The position numbers were made by a program, and so were the translations under genes. From Enoplolaimus lenunculus (Eukaryota), in NCBI GenBank assembly GCA_030248215.1, contig JASANG010000443.1, positions 1-64,000 of the forward strand: a stretch of DNA of 64,000 bases, in the 5' to 3' direction. The notes beneath the pieces are model-generated. The model saw only the letters and a program-made list of their open reading frames with translations, was not told the origin of the DNA and made no database searches. Shown here one piece after another: positions 26,302 through 39,844 of this stretch (position 1 is the stretch's first letter; every line of letters begins with the position of its first letter).

Positions 26302-26987
26302 GTGAGAGCTTATTCTGTTCGCCACGATCTTTAAAACCTATTTTGATTATTTTTTCTGAAGACGATATGCTTATAGCCCGGTGCTGATCCAGAAAGGGTG
26401 CGGGTCGAAGGTGCCCCACCAGAAATTTTTTATGATACTTACCATGGTAAGGTCCCTTCCTAGTTTAATACTATTTTATGTGCTACAAAAATTGTGTCTC
26501 GCTTCTTGCTCGCTTCGCTCACTATTCACTGTTACTGTTTGCATCAACGTAATAAATATTCTACTAATATTTCTCGCACGAATATTTTCTATTTCGTCTG
26601 AGATCTAAAATCGGAAGCTAAGATTTGACCTTGAAACGCTCGTAAAAAAACTCTTTAATACCATTAGTCGGATTCAGTATCTTGGCGTTTGACCACGAGG
26701 GGGGCTTCCACTTTTTGCGCGTGGACAGTTTGTGCTACAGTTGTTCCATGCCCGTAGCTAGCTCACCTTGCTAGAGGTAGGCTGAAATTTATTCAGAAGG
26801 GGCATGAAAACGTTTTCGTTGATTTACAAGCAAAATTGAAAATTTTCTGGGGGGGCTAAATTTTTTCACGGAACTCAGCCCCCGTGCCCCACTCCCCTTG
26901 GCAGCGGATGAGCCGCTCACAGTGTAGTCCACGCAAGAAAGCATGGCCAATGCATAGAACAGCACCGTAACAGTAGTATAAGCAAAC

Positions 26988-27293
26988 TACTAAGCCTAGT
27001 CCAAGCTTAAACCTAAGCCACTAAGCCTAGTCCAAGCCTAAACCTAAGCCACTAAGCCTAGTCCAAGCCTAAACCTAAGCCACTAAGCCTAGTCCAAGCC
27101 TAAACCTAAGCCACTAAGCCTAGTCCAAGCCTAAACCTAAGCCACTAAGCCTAGTCCAAGCCTAAACCTAAGCCACTAAGCCTAGTCCAAGCCTAAACCT
27201 AAGCCACTAAGCCTAGTCCAAGCCTAAACCTAAGCCACTAAGCCTATTCCAAGCCTAAACCTAAGCCACTAAGCCTAGTCCAAGCCTAAACCT
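26988..27293. repeat. 31-bp higher-order minisatellite of telomere-variant hexamers (cactaagcctagtccaagcctaaacctaagc) x ~10
   Basis: Near-identical units in the K2P intron, ending ~35 bp before the GYG exon acceptor. Confidence 0.92.
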
Positions 27294-27328
27294 ATACCTA
27301 AGCGTAAATTTTTTGTGTCAAATTTTAG

Positions 27329-27539
27329 GCTACGGTCACATTTCATTATCGTCGACAATAAGTCGATCAATTTGCGTTCTCTATTCCATCATCGGAATTC
27401 CGCTTTGTGTCCTTGGGATCGCGAATTTGGGTCGATTTTTGTCGGCTTTTCTGTTGCAAATGTATAAAAATTACAAAATGCACACTATACTCAAACCGAA
27501 GTGTCGCCGAAAAACAACAGTTGACAATTTGACTACAAG
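27329..27539 (+). CDS. K2P channel exon: GYG filter 1 and M2
   Basis: Acceptor aattttag; completes TTIG-YGH; then SRSICVLYSIIGIPLCVLGIANLGRFL (M2 GIPL motif); donor AG|gttagt, phase 2. Confidence 0.93.
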
Positions 27540-28064
27540 GTTAGTCTTTAACGGCTGGGCCAATGTAAACAACATGGGCGGAACAGTATTATAGACATAT
27601 TCCGAAGCCTACGCCTAAGCCTAAAGCCTAAGCGTAGGACTGAGCATATTCCTAAGCCTCAGCCTAAGACTAAGCCTAAGCGTAGGAATGAGCATATTCC
27701 TAAGCTTAAGCCTAAGGTTCAGCGTAAGCGTAAGAATTAGCATATACCTAAGCCTAAGCCTAAACCTAAGCCTAAGCTAAGCTAAAAATAAGTCTAAAGC
27801 TTCAGTGTACTCTTTTCTTATCCCACAGAAAAAACACGTTCCGCCCCTGATCTTTACACGGGCCATGTTTGGTGCCACTAATTGATCGAAGACGGGCACA
27901 CATCGACTTTGTTGGTTGATCAACAGGGATCAAAACCAAATTTTTGGTATTACGATTTAGCACTGAAATTGCGTTTGGTTTCTCGCATGCTTTAATTTTT
28001 AATTTTTATATAGCAATACCGCCTGTCCAAAATTTAAGATTTTCTTTCCGCAGGCCAGCAGCCA

Positions 28065-28316
28065 CACTGTAAATTCCAATGAGTTGATTTATCAACTCAG
28101 CCAGCGTGTTAGTTATTTCTGAGTTAATAACAGTAAGCATTAACTTCCACTGAGTTGAGTTGATTCTCACTCTGTGTTGAGTTGACTCTGGGTGAGTTGA
28201 TTAATTAACTCAGAACGAACTGAATCAACTCAAAATCCTGAGTTCTGATAGTCCTAACTCAGACTGAGTGATTCAACTCATTCTGAGTTAAAATCAACTC
28301 ACTGAAATTTACAGTG
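28065..28316. mobile_element. MITE family B copy (K2P intron) with CA target-site duplication
   Basis: ca-CACTGTAAATTCCAATGAG...CTCACTGAAATTTACAGTG-ca. Confidence 0.88.
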
Positions 28317-29143
28317 CAGTTCAATTTTTTCAAACTGGGAGGGCGAAAAAAACTGCGCAAGAATCGAAAACTTTCGCATAATTTTACAACTACGGCCGGA
28401 TGTTGTCAATAGCCGCTACCCAGTAAAATTTTTATTGCCGTCTCAGATTATAAATAAATGAATTCCTAAATTGTAAAAGTAAAAAATTAATTTCAAAAAA
28501 CAAACAGAAATTTGGTCGCAAAAAATTATCAAATTGTTTGTTTAGTTCATTATCGCTGTATATCAAGCAAATTTTGCGATGTTCAGAATTAAAATTTTTG
28601 AGGTAAAAAACAGCTGTAAATCCAAAATTTATACGTGGAATCTCAGTTTTAAAATTGTTACATACGCCGATAGGCACATGTAAACATCAGGGACGCAACG
28701 TTTTTCGGCGGGACTTCAATGGAGTAAGCTTCTTAAGAATATTGTTTTCTTTAGGCTTAGCATTTAGACTTTGGAATATGCTTATATACGCTTATACTAC
28801 TGTTACGACCGTATTATAATAAAAGCTCAAAATATAGTTTGGCGTCTACTCTCGGGAATTAAGCTTTACATTCATTTGTACGCCAGTCCCGCAGTGTTTA
28901 GGGCGCCGGCGTCGGACGGTGCCTCAAGTCCAATAATTTTTGACCAGAAATTGATATGGCGTGCTATGCGTCAATACATGTACGTTGCCGAAAAGTATTA
29001 AAATAGTCGAAAAGTATACCGACACCCTAAATAATTCCTTAAAAGCGTAGAAGAGACTGTTAGAACTGCACGGTCGAGACGACCCCTTTCTTCAAAGTAC
29101 TGCGAATATACATGGTTTTCCCGCTTAATTTCTTCGAAACATA

Positions 29144-29216
29144 CGGCATCGCCGGGAATCGAACCTTGGACCTTTCGCTGGCGAGTCAAGCGCGCTATCC
29201 ATTACTCCACACGGCC
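29144..29216 (-). pseudogene. tRNA-derived pseudogene or SINE head (5' half resembles tRNA-Arg)
   Basis: Minus strand ggccgtgtggagtaatggatagcgcgcttgactcgccagcgaaaggtccaaggttcgattcccggcgatgccg: good A and B boxes, but acceptor and anticodon stems mispair. Confidence 0.6.
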
Positions 29217-29586
29217 GATTGTATAATTTTCTCTAACACATATGTGCACGTCTATGTATGTGTCTTACATTACACACACTATGCGCATACCTACGCTACG
29301 TTATGGACATCAACAGGAACCTTATCATTTTATCACAAAAAATTTTCTAACGGTTGGAATATGCGTCACACCGCTCACGTTTTCTCTGTATCCGGTAGTG
29401 TTTTCTGTATTATTTTTTGGCCCATGTTACATTAACGGGCGTCCAGGTTTTTGGTGGGTCCATAAAAGAGTAAGTTTAGATTCTAGATTACATGCTTTTG
29501 CGTAGGCTTAGGCTTAGGCTTACGCTTAGGCTTAGGAACACATTTTTGCAACACTTAGGCTTAGGTTTAGGAATACGCTTAATCTA

Positions 29587-29838
29587 CACTGTAAATTCCA
29601 ATGAGTTGATTAATCAATTCAGCTAGCGAGTTGGTTATTTCTGAATTAATATCAGTATACATTAACTTACTCTGAGTTAATTTGATTCTCACTCTGAGTT
29701 GAGTTGACTCTGAGCGAGTTTGATAATTAACTCTGAATGAATTGAATCAACTCAAAATTCTGAGTTCTGAAAGTCCTAACTCAGACTGAGGCATTCAACT
29801 CATTCTCAGTTAAAATCGACTCACTGAAATTTACAGTG
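29587..29838. mobile_element. MITE family B copy nested in a family A MITE (29419-29869)
   Basis: aatcTA-[element]-TAttgttatg versus the uninterrupted aatctactgttatgtcccttaaagtaacattggcc at ~34605-34640. Confidence 0.88.
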
Positions 29839-29901
29839 TATTGTTATGCCCCTTAAAGTAACATTGGCCAATTTTTGTGTAAACTTATAATTAATTTTCA
29901 G

Positions 29902-30065
29902 AAAAGAACTCGAGTCAATCGCTGAACTTGAACGAGTTCCAGCTTCATTGTTATTGGTTGTATTTCTCGCGTGGATTGTCATTGGTGCATTAATATTGCC
30001 ATTAATTGAACAAATGTCCATTTTTGACGCTGTTTATTTTATCGTTATTAGCCTTACTACAATAG
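29902..30065 (+). CDS. K2P channel exon: M3 and pore helix P2
   Basis: Acceptor ttttcag; phase matches previous exon; KELESIAELERVPASLLLVVFLAWIVIGALILPLIEQMSIFDAVYFIVISLTTIG; donor G|gttggt. Not present in the ORF track. Confidence 0.92.
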
Positions 30066-30079
30066 GTTGGTCTTTTATA

Positions 30080-30288
30080 CACTGCAAAAAATGGTGAGTC
30101 AAATTGACTCTCTCCGAAATAGGCTCGACGGAACTACAAAAACTGAGTCAAATTCGACTCCGTCAGAGTCAGACGTGCGACTCAGTGTGTCGAAATTGGC
30201 TTGGGCGGAGTTGAATTTGACTCAATTGGTGTAGTTCCGTAGAGCCTATTTCGGAGAAAGTCAATTTGACTCATCATTTTTTGCAGTG
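30080..30288. mobile_element. Palindromic MITE family C (CACTGCAAAAAAT...ATTTTTTGCAGTG)
   Basis: ~80-bp inverted arms; related fragments at ~18945-19085, ~19370-19570, ~39325-39439. Confidence 0.85.
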
Positions 30289-31123
30289 TGGTTGGTTTTT
30301 AACTGCGAAACTTACTGATAATTTCTACGCCCGAAAGGAATCTTTCGTGTTTCTTTCCCTCATTGAAATTTGCCCAAAAATGCTAGGATTTTAACAATTT
30401 TGTGCGTATTTGAGCTATACATGCCCTTCCCTGTTCATTTTGCACCCAAATTTGAATTTCGTTTAACTTTAAGCTCGCTCGCTTCACGGAAACCCAAAAA
30501 CGTTTTGTTCAAAACGTTGTGCAAATTGTATATTAATTCGATGCAGCTTTCAGCACTGAGTTTAGTCGTTTTGATTTTTTGCAATCAGACGTGTAGTTAC
30601 TGAGTTATGGTCAAATAACTAAATTGGTGCAATCGCGAATCGGTAAGAGCGTGCCAAAACAATTAGTTGAATATAACTCATTAAATTTAACGTCATTCGG
30701 TTTGTGCTCAGCGCAGGCGGTGCGCGTTTTGCATACGAACGCAATGCACAGTGCTTAATAATTATTGTATGCATGGATTTAGCACAAAACATTAATTTTA
30801 CCAATATGTTTCATTTGGTTTATGGGCCAATGTAAAGAACACGAGCGGAACAGTATTATAAGCATATTCTTAAGCCTAAGCCTAAGACTAAGCCGAAGCC
30901 TAAGCGTCAGAATGAGCATATTCCTAAACCTAAGCTTAAGCCTAAGCGTAACAATGAGCATATTCCAAAGCCTCTAAGCCTAAGCCTAAGCCAAGCAAAC
31001 AGATTAGTCTAAAGTTTAAAGCTTACTCTATTGCAGTCTCACAGAAAAACGTTCCGCTCTTGATCTTAACATGGGTCAGTTCAACAAGACTTTGCAACAC
31101 ATTTTTATTAATTTTTCTTCCAG

Positions 31124-31698
31124 GATTCGGTGATATTTACCCACTCAATCATTCATTTCTTTTATATTTCACTTGCATTTACCTCGCAATCGGATTAATT
31201 ATAACCACAATGACAATCGACATATTAGCTGAATATCTTCTCAAGCTTCATTATTTGGGCAAAAAGGTTCAAAATATTGGTCGTTTAGCAGTTTGGCTTG
31301 GCGGTCAGAAAATCACCGTCGAATCGCTATTCGCAGGGGTACTCAAAGAACTCGACGTGCCTGACGATACCATGCAACGGGCTTTGGCTAATTTAGATGG
31401 ATTAATCGAAAAATCGGTTGCCGACTATGAAGCTGGGATCAGCCATATTCCATCTCGTTTTGGTGATTTATGCAACGGCTTTTTAGCTTTAGCAAATTTG
31501 CCTCAAACGGTTAATACAAGGGAATTAGGAAAATTGTGTCGTTTGGACGACGACGAAACCCAGTTGTACAAAAATAACGTACCAGTTTTACACCAAATCC
31601 GGACGGCCAAACCGTTCAATGGATCCCCGCTTGCGTTTTCAAAAGATGTTCATTATATCGATGAAGATTTGGATGGTGACGATGATTTTAATGTTTGA
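31124..31698 (+). CDS. K2P channel terminal exon: GFG filter 2, M4, C-terminal tail
   Basis: Acceptor cttccag; completes TTIG-FGDIYP; M4 YLAIGLIITTMTIDIL; KLHYLGKK...VWLGGQKITV resembles the post-M4 motif of nematode TWK channels; TGA ends 31698. The four exons total 1596 nt (in frame). Confidence 0.93.
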
Positions 31699-31761
31699 CA
31701 ATTTTGAATTTAGCGCCATATTCTTCAAAATGGGTTGATTAATCAACTCGCAGAGAGAATT

Positions 31762-33330
31762 AGCTATTTCTGGTCGTTTCAGAGTTTTAATAACAATAAA
31801 TGTTAACTCAATCTGAGTTGATTTAATTCCGGGTGAGTTGTAACTCACCTGGTTATTTCAGAGTTTTAATAACAATAAATATTAACTCACTCTGAGTTGA
31901 TTTAATTCCAGGTGAGTTGTAAGTAACTCACCTGGTTATTTCAGAGTTTTAATAACAATAAATATTAACTCAATCTGAGTTGATTTAATTCCGGGTGAGT
32001 TGTAACTCACCTGGTTATTTCAGAGTTTTAATAACAATAAATATTAACTCACTCTGAGTTGATTTAATTCCGGGTGAGTTGTAACTCACCTGGTTATTTC
32101 AGAGTTTTAATAACAATAAATGTTAACTCACTCTGAGTTGATTTAATTCCGGGTGTGTTGTAACTCACCTGGTTATTTCAGAGTTTTAATAACAATAAAT
32201 GTTAACTCAATTTGAGTTGATTTAATTCCGGGTGAGTTGTAACTCACCTGGTTATTTCAGAGTTTTAATAACAATAAATATTAACTCACTCTGAGTTGAT
32301 TTAATTCCAGGTGAGTTGTAACTCACCTGGTTATTTCAGAGTTTTAATAACAATAAATATTAACTCAATCTGAGTTGATTTCATTCCGAGTGAGTTGTAA
32401 CTCACCTGGTTATTTCAGAGTTTTAATAACAATAAATATTAACTCGAGTTGATTTAATTCCGAGTGAGTTGTAACTCACCTGGTTATTTCAGAGTTTTAA
32501 TAACAATAAATATTAACTCAATCTGAGTTGATTTAATTCCGGGTGAGTTGTAACTCACCTGGTTATTTCAGAGTTTTAATAACAATAAATATTAACTCAA
32601 TCTGAGTTGATTTCATTCCGAGTGAGTTGTAACTCACCTGGTTATTTCAGAGTTTTAATAACAATAAATATTAACTCAATCTGAGTTGATTTAATTCCGG
32701 GTGAGTTGTAACTCACCTGGTTATTTCAGAGTTTTAATAACAATAAATATTAACTCGAGTTGATTTAATTCCGAGTGAGTTGTAACTCACCTGGTTATTT
32801 CAGAGTTTTAATAACAATAAATATTAACTCAATCTGAGTTGATTTAATTCCGGGTGAGTTGTAACTCACCTGGTTATTTCAGAGTTTTAATAACAATAAA
32901 TATTAACTCGAGTTGATTTAATTCCGGGTGAGTTGTAACTCACCTGGTTATTTCAGAGTTTTAATAACAATAAATATTAACTCAATCTGAGTTGATTTAA
33001 TTCCGGGTGAGTTGTAACTCACCTGGTTATTTCAGAGTTTTAATAACAATAAATATTAACTCAATCTGAGTTGATTTAATTCCGGGTGAGTTGTAACTCA
33101 CCTGGTTATTTCAGAGTTTTAATAACAATAAATATTAACTCACTCTGAGTTGATTTAATTCCAGGTGAGTTGTAACTCACCTGGTTATTTCAGAGTTTTA
33201 ATAACAATAAATATTAACTCAATCTGAGTTGATTTTTAAATATTAATCCGAGGTGAGTTGTAACTCACCTGGTTATTTCAGAGTTTTAATAACAATAAAT
33301 ATTAACTCAATCTGAGTTGATTTAATCCAG
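31762..33330. repeat. 79-bp tandem array (~20 copies) derived from the interior of a family B MITE
   Basis: Unit taactcacctggttatttcagagttttaataacaataaatattaactcaatctgagttgatttaattccgggtgagttg starts at 32003, 32082, 32161, 32240; flanked by MITE sequence ending aatttacagtg at 33446. Confidence 0.95.
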
Positions 33331-35494
33331 TGAGCCCCACAATCAATTTATAATTCTGAGTTGTGAAAGACCTAAGTCAGAGATCAGACTTCTGAGTGGA
33401 TTCAACACATTCTGAATTATACATCAATTCACTGGAATTTACAGTGCATTCTGGGTTAAGCGAGGCTTTAACCACGAACAATGCAATTAGACCAAAACCC
33501 ACGAATAAAACAAATTAAACGCTACAAATCTGTTTAATTTTGAACTTTGGTGCAGGTTCGCTGCATCAAGCTCGAAACTCGAACGCCGAATATAAACCTT
33601 GTGTACGTTATATTTTACAATGTTAAAAATTAAATAAATTGTCGTTCAAAATCAAAAATCATTAATAAATGCAGGATATACCTCGACTGAATACGATTAC
33701 TTTCTAAAAGCTCTGATTTAAACTTAAAATCCAGCAGCATTAAACTAAGTTTCTAGTTGAGAGGGGGCCCCGCTTTATTATACACAAAAACATTATTTTT
33801 CTCGGCCCCATTACCTTTAAGGGGGGGCCCGTTTTTTTGGGGGGGCAAAAAAAAAAAAAAATAATTTTTATATTTTTTTTTTTTTTTGCTTAGGCTTCGG
33901 CGTAGGCTTAGGCTTACGAACTCATTTTTGCAACACTTAGGCTTAGGCTTAGGCTTAGGAATATGCTTAAATCTACTGTTACGCCCTGTAACATTGGCCG
34001 TGTTAAGCGTAGACACTGGTGTCGATACATAAAATAGATCGATGTAGCATTCCAGCATCCAAAAATAACCTCAAAACTTATCCGTATTACGTATCGTGGA
34101 GCGATCCAGCTTTATTATAATATACAGATATTTATCTGCATAAAAGAGTCTGTCAGTAGAAAAAAGAGCCTCAAAAAGTCCAAATTTCGATAATAACAAA
34201 TTCTTAAATTTGTTTAAAAATATGTTTTTTGTGTTTAGTAAAATTGTAAAAATTAAACTTGAACCAATTTTGCTCATGCTGATAAGAAGGGATTTTAATA
34301 AATATTCAATCATTTATTAATAAATAAATGCAATGAGCAACGAGGTCGCATAGTCAGAGCATTGGTTTACGGTAATGACCTTCTTTAGCCAATGTTACTT
34401 TTACGGGCGTAACAGTATAGATTAAGCGTATTCCTAAGCCTAAGACTAAGCCTAAGCGTTGCAAAAATGGGACCATGTTACTTAGGAGCGTCCAGGTTTC
34501 TGGTGGGTCTATAAAAGAGTAGGTTGAGATTCTAGATTACATTTTTTTGGTTAGGCTTAGGCTTAGGCTTAGATTTAGGCCAAGGAACACTTAGGAATAC
34601 GCTTAATCTACTGTTATGTCCCTTAAAGTAACATTGGCCCAAAAATGTGTTGCTAAGCGTAAGCCTAAGCTTAAGCAAAAAATGTAATCTATTATCCAAA
34701 CGTAGTCTTTTATAGACCCACCAGAAATCTGGACGCCCCTTAAAGTAACATGGGCCACATAATTTTTGTAGAGTTTTTCAAAAGTTTTCTATTTGGTAAA
34801 CACTGAAAATTTACACCGGCAGAAATCTTAAATTTACCAAAACTTTGCATCTCCAGAATTCTTAAATTTAATCAAATTTTGCATCTTCGGAATTCTTAAA
34901 TTTTACCCATTGGCAAAATCATGGCTTTACCACGAGTATATGAAATGTAGAGAAGACATTGGTATACATATTCTATACAGTATTTTTATACATTAATTTT
35001 ATTTTTCAATTTTTATTTTTGTTTTTTCTTATTTTTTTAAAGATACGTAAAACGAGTATATATACAATAAAGAAAAAAGACGAAATTGATAAGTATTGAA
35101 ACTCTTTTGTTAGTCGACGTAATCTGTATGGTTGCATTGACATTTCTTGTCGAATATATTTGACCATGAGTGCACACAAGCAGATCCAGAGTGGAAACGG
35201 GAAGAGGGGAGCAGAAGCCCCACCCGTCAGAAATTTTTTGGTGATCAATTGCGGCACGGTCTCTTTTCTTACAACTTTTCCCTATAAATATCTTTTTATT
35301 AAAAAATACAATTTTTCCGTCAGAAGTTTTTTGTGATTAAAAATAGTAAAGTGTGTGGAGCTCGGACAAACTCAGATCAAACAACGAGAAATTCTGTATC
35401 CACCTTTACGCTGGTGGCCTCAGCTTGGAGTTTGATGGGGCCCCACACCTGTCTGCTCTGGCACGGGTGCCATGTTTCGCACAGATTGTATATA

Positions 35495-38162
35495 CACTGT
35501 AAACTTCAGTGAGTTGATTTTAAACACAGAATGAGTTATATCGCTCAATCTGAGCTAGGAATATCAGAACTCAGAGTTGTGATTCAATTAAACGCATTCT
35601 GAGGTAATTAATCAACTCAGCCAAAATCAGGTCAACTCAGAGTTAGAACCAACTCAACTCATATTGAGTTTTAATAATATGAATTCAAAAATAACTCACC
35701 ACTTGAGTTGATTATTCAACTCATTACAATTTAGAGTGTACCTCCGGTAAGCAAAGATGGGATCGGTCAAAAACGCAACGTGTGCCGGGTATACATTTTG
35801 TACTATGCGGAACTCCAAGAGTAGCATACTCTTGTATCATGTTATCTTGCATTGAATAAATTTTTAAATTCTAGTAGCACCTATCACCAGTAAAATAGGT
35901 CTTGTAACATTCGAAGCAGCGAATATAAAACTAAGGTTTCTTTTCTAATAAACGACACAGCACCAACAAATCAGTACCGCTAATTGAACTAAAGTGACAA
36001 CAATGCTTCGTAACAGAGAGCTCGCATACACTATAAATTCCAATGAGTTGATTAATCAATTCAGCTATCGAGTTGGTTATTTTTGAATTAATATCAGTAA
36101 ACATTAACTCACTGTCAGTTGAGTTAATTCTCACTCTGCGTTGAGTTGACTCTGGGTGAGTTGATTAATTAACTCAGAATTAATTGAATCAACTTAAATT
36201 TCTTAGTTCTAATAGTCCTAACTCAGACTGAGTGATTCAACTGATTCTAAGTTAAAATCAACTTACGGAAATTTACAGTGTACTTTCTCCCGCATTAAAT
36301 GTCAATTTGCAGACAGTAAACTGACGTTAAAAATTGCGGACACGAAAAACGAATATTGAAGTATCACTGTAAATTCCAGTGAGTTAATTTTAACTAACAA
36401 TGAGTTGAATCCACTCAGAAGTCTGAGCTCTGAATTAGGTCTGTTAGAACTCAGAATTATGAATTCAATTAACTCTTTCTGAGTTAATTAATTAACACGC
36501 CCGAAATTAAACCAACTCAGGGCGAGTTAATGTTTACTGTTTTTAACTCAGAAATAACCATAGAAATGACTAATTCGCTCTCTGAGTTGATTAATCAACT
36601 CATCGGAATTTAGAGTGTCTAAATGTTTCAGACATGTTTTATGTTTCTGCCAATACAATTTAAGATTGTATATACAAATATTCACTGGTTTTCTAAAATT
36701 TTTAGCGAATACATCTACAATTTTGAAAATTCTGAAACAATTTCGTTATTTTTATTTCAAATTATTTAATTTCAACATAACTTTTGACAAACAATTGATT
36801 GATCGGTACGTTATTAATACATAGAATAAGCATAAAATAACAGAATTTCCAGTATTTCTATAACGCAAACTGAAACGGACACCGATTTTTACCGAAATCG
36901 AAAGCAGATATCTGAGTTACACCCTTGTCATTTGATCAAATGCAAAACACACTGTAAATTTCAATGAGTTAATTAATCAACACAGGCGGACAGTGCGTTA
37001 TTTCTGAGTTAATAACAGAAAGCTTTTTAGCTCACTGTAAGTTGAGTTGATTCTTGCTCTGAGAGATGAGTTGATTCTTACTCTGAGTTCAGTTGATTCC
37101 AGGAAAGTTGATTAATTCAATCAGAATCAGTGGAATCAACTCACAATTCTGAGTTCTGAAAGTCCTATAACTCAGACTGTCTTTCAAATCATTCTGAGGT
37201 ATTAAAATTAACTCACTCAAATTTACAGTGTAGGGTTGTGACACGAAGTTTATGACCGCCGAAATAAAAAAGTGCAATATTTTCAATTTTATACCAGATT
37301 TTCATTTAATACACAGTTTCTTTTTTTACTTTATAATTTGTCTTTTTTTCATTTTTCTTTTTTATTTTTATTTTTTTATTTTATTTTTAATTCAATATAA
37401 ACGAGTATACAATATTATATTTTCTACAGCCATAATTTTCCAATATCATTGCCGTTCATTGATGCAAATGACATTGTTAAAATGTACTGTTTTCAGTGTT
37501 GCTTTTAGTTTATAATATTATATTTGTCATTGCGCTCTATAATAAACAATGTTTTTAGTTTAAATTATTAATATTAAGACTTAATTACAGTTTAGAATTT
37601 GATATGTTTCAAGTATTTGGGAACTAATAAAGGCTAACAAAAACGTATTCAATGACGAGGTAATCGTAGTCTGTAAATTTCAGTGATTTGATTTTAACTC
37701 AGAATGAGTTGAATCCACTCAGAAGTCTCAGCTCTGAATTGCGTCTTTCAGAAGTCAGAATTTTAATTTGATTGAAGTCATTCTGAGTTAATCAACTCAT
37801 CCGGAATTAAGTTAGCTCAGAGTGAGTTGACGTTTCGTGTTATTAACTCAGAAATATCCAGATATGACTAATTCGCTCTCTGAGCTGATTAATCAACTCA
37901 TTGGTATTTTAACACTTAAATTTCAGTGAGTTGGTTTTAAGTCAGAATGAGTTGAATACGATGCGGGGTCTGAGCTGTGAATTAGGTCTTTCAAAACTCA
38001 TAATTCTGAATTGATTGAAGTCATTCTGAGTTAATTAATCAACTCTCCCAGAATTAAAACAGTTCAGAACGAGTTGATAGTTTGTGTTGTTAACTCAGAA
38101 ACAACCATAAATTACTAATTCGCTCTCTGAGTTGATTAATCAACTCATTAAATTTTACAGTG
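35495..38162. mobile_element. Cluster of six family B MITE copies
   Basis: Copies at 35495-35738, 36029-36280, 36365-36617, 36950-37230 and a tandem pair at ~37670-38162. Confidence 0.85.
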
Positions 38163-38353
38163 CTTGAGCGATATTTATTCAGATCTGGGTATAGCGGAAC
38201 TCTCCGAGTTTTCGTGAAGCAGTTGTTTAAATAGATATGTATGTATCAGGGTGCACCCGGAGGTGAAAACTGCCGGAAGTGGAGATCAGCAAAACTTACC
38301 AGAGTCGGAGGTCAGACAGAATAAAGTAGTGAAAATGATGTTTGATTTGCTAA

Positions 38354-39065
38354 AGCCCTATTCACACGTGCAAGTTTGTGCAGCAAAAACTTGCACGTGC
38401 AACTTGCATGTGCAAGTTTTGTCACAAAGCAGATTTGAAGTTCTTGCAGCTGCAAAGTATTCATTAGAATTCATGTGATTGAATTTAATTCGCACGTGTG
38501 AATGCCGTCGCAAATTGCTCGAATTTCTTGCACTTGCATTTTCATTGGCCAATCAGAAGACATGTTGCTGAGCGCCTTTTGAATTAATTCAGACTTATTG
38601 GACTTATTCAAGAAGTGTGAATTAATTCAAATATCTAACTTGTTTGAAATTGCGCAGCCCACGGCGAAAGTAATGGGACTAGTTTTAAAATAGTCAAGAA
38701 ATTTCGAGTATAGCCTTCTTTGCGCATGAATGTTTCTTACAACTGAAACTTGCAGCTGCAAGTTTTTGAAAAATTCATTCGAAGAACTTGCAGCTGCAAG
38801 TTATTCATGATTAATATATGCGAAGAATTAATTCGTAGGTATGAATAATCCTGCAAGTCGAATTCATTTATCATCATTGGCTAAACTGATAGATTATAGG
38901 TTATGTTTGATATCTGTTGCAGTGGTCTCCAAATTATTCACATAAATTCATGTCAAGATTAGAATGAAAGATATTATTCTTTACAAATACTTGCAGCTTA
39001 AAGTATTTCGTGCAAGTTGTAGCTGCAAGTTCTCGCAGCGAAAACTTGCACGTGTGAATAGAGCT
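38354..39065. mobile_element. PIF/Harbinger-like element family G, long variant
   Basis: taa-AGCCCTATTCACACGTGCAAG...CTTGCACGTGTGAATAGAGCT-taa. Confidence 0.85.
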
Positions 39066-39844
39066 TAATTTTAGCAAATATCTGTAAATAATGTTGTTGT
39101 TAAATCTTTTGGTTTTACGCTTATTTTTTCAGGAAATATCGGCAATTTTTCTTAAAAATTGAACCAAAAGTTAACACGAAACACAACAAACAAGTAAATT
39201 TTGTAAAATTATACAAAATTTCACTACGGCAGAAACTTTACCGGAAGCGGAAGCAAACCTCCGGTTGTACCCAGAAGTAGAAATTGAGGTTAGAAACGAA
39301 ACGCGAAGCTGTCGCGGCTTCTTTACGCAGCAAAAAATGCTGAGCCAAATTGACTTTCTCCGAAATAGGATGTTCCGAGCTACACAAACTGAATAAAACT
39401 CAACTCCTCCAGCAATTTGACTCACAATTTATTGCAGTGTACTTTTCATCAAATTCCTACCGAGAGTCCAGATTTCGTACACTGTAAATTCCAATGAGTT
39501 GATTAAACAATTCTGCTAGCGAGTTAGTCTAGCGAGTTAGTCGTTTCTGAATTAAAATCAGTAAACAACTCATTCTGAGTTGAGTTGATTCTGACTCTGA
39601 GTTAAGTTGACGCTGGGTGAGTATATTAATCAACTCAGAATGAATTGAATCAACTCACAATTTTGAGTTCTGATAGTCCTAACTCAGACTGAATGATCCA
39701 ACTCAATTTGAATTAAAATCAACTCACCAAAATTTACAGTGTGCATTTTTCCAGCTGTTTCCACTGTTAATTTTCTATGCTTTAGCGTTCAATAACGTAT
39801 CATGTAAGCGCGTCAGTGAATATGATTCAAAATTACTTGAAACC

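Noticed and set aside
29144..29216. Functional tRNA genes here and at 22517-22592 and ~13670-13750
   Set aside because: A and B boxes are present but acceptor and anticodon stems do not pair; treated as pseudogenes or SINE heads pending tRNAscan-SE.
31762..33330. Possible CRISPR array
   Set aside because: Units are contiguous 79-bp repeats with no unique spacers, derive from a MITE, lie in a eukaryotic context, and have no cas genes nearby.
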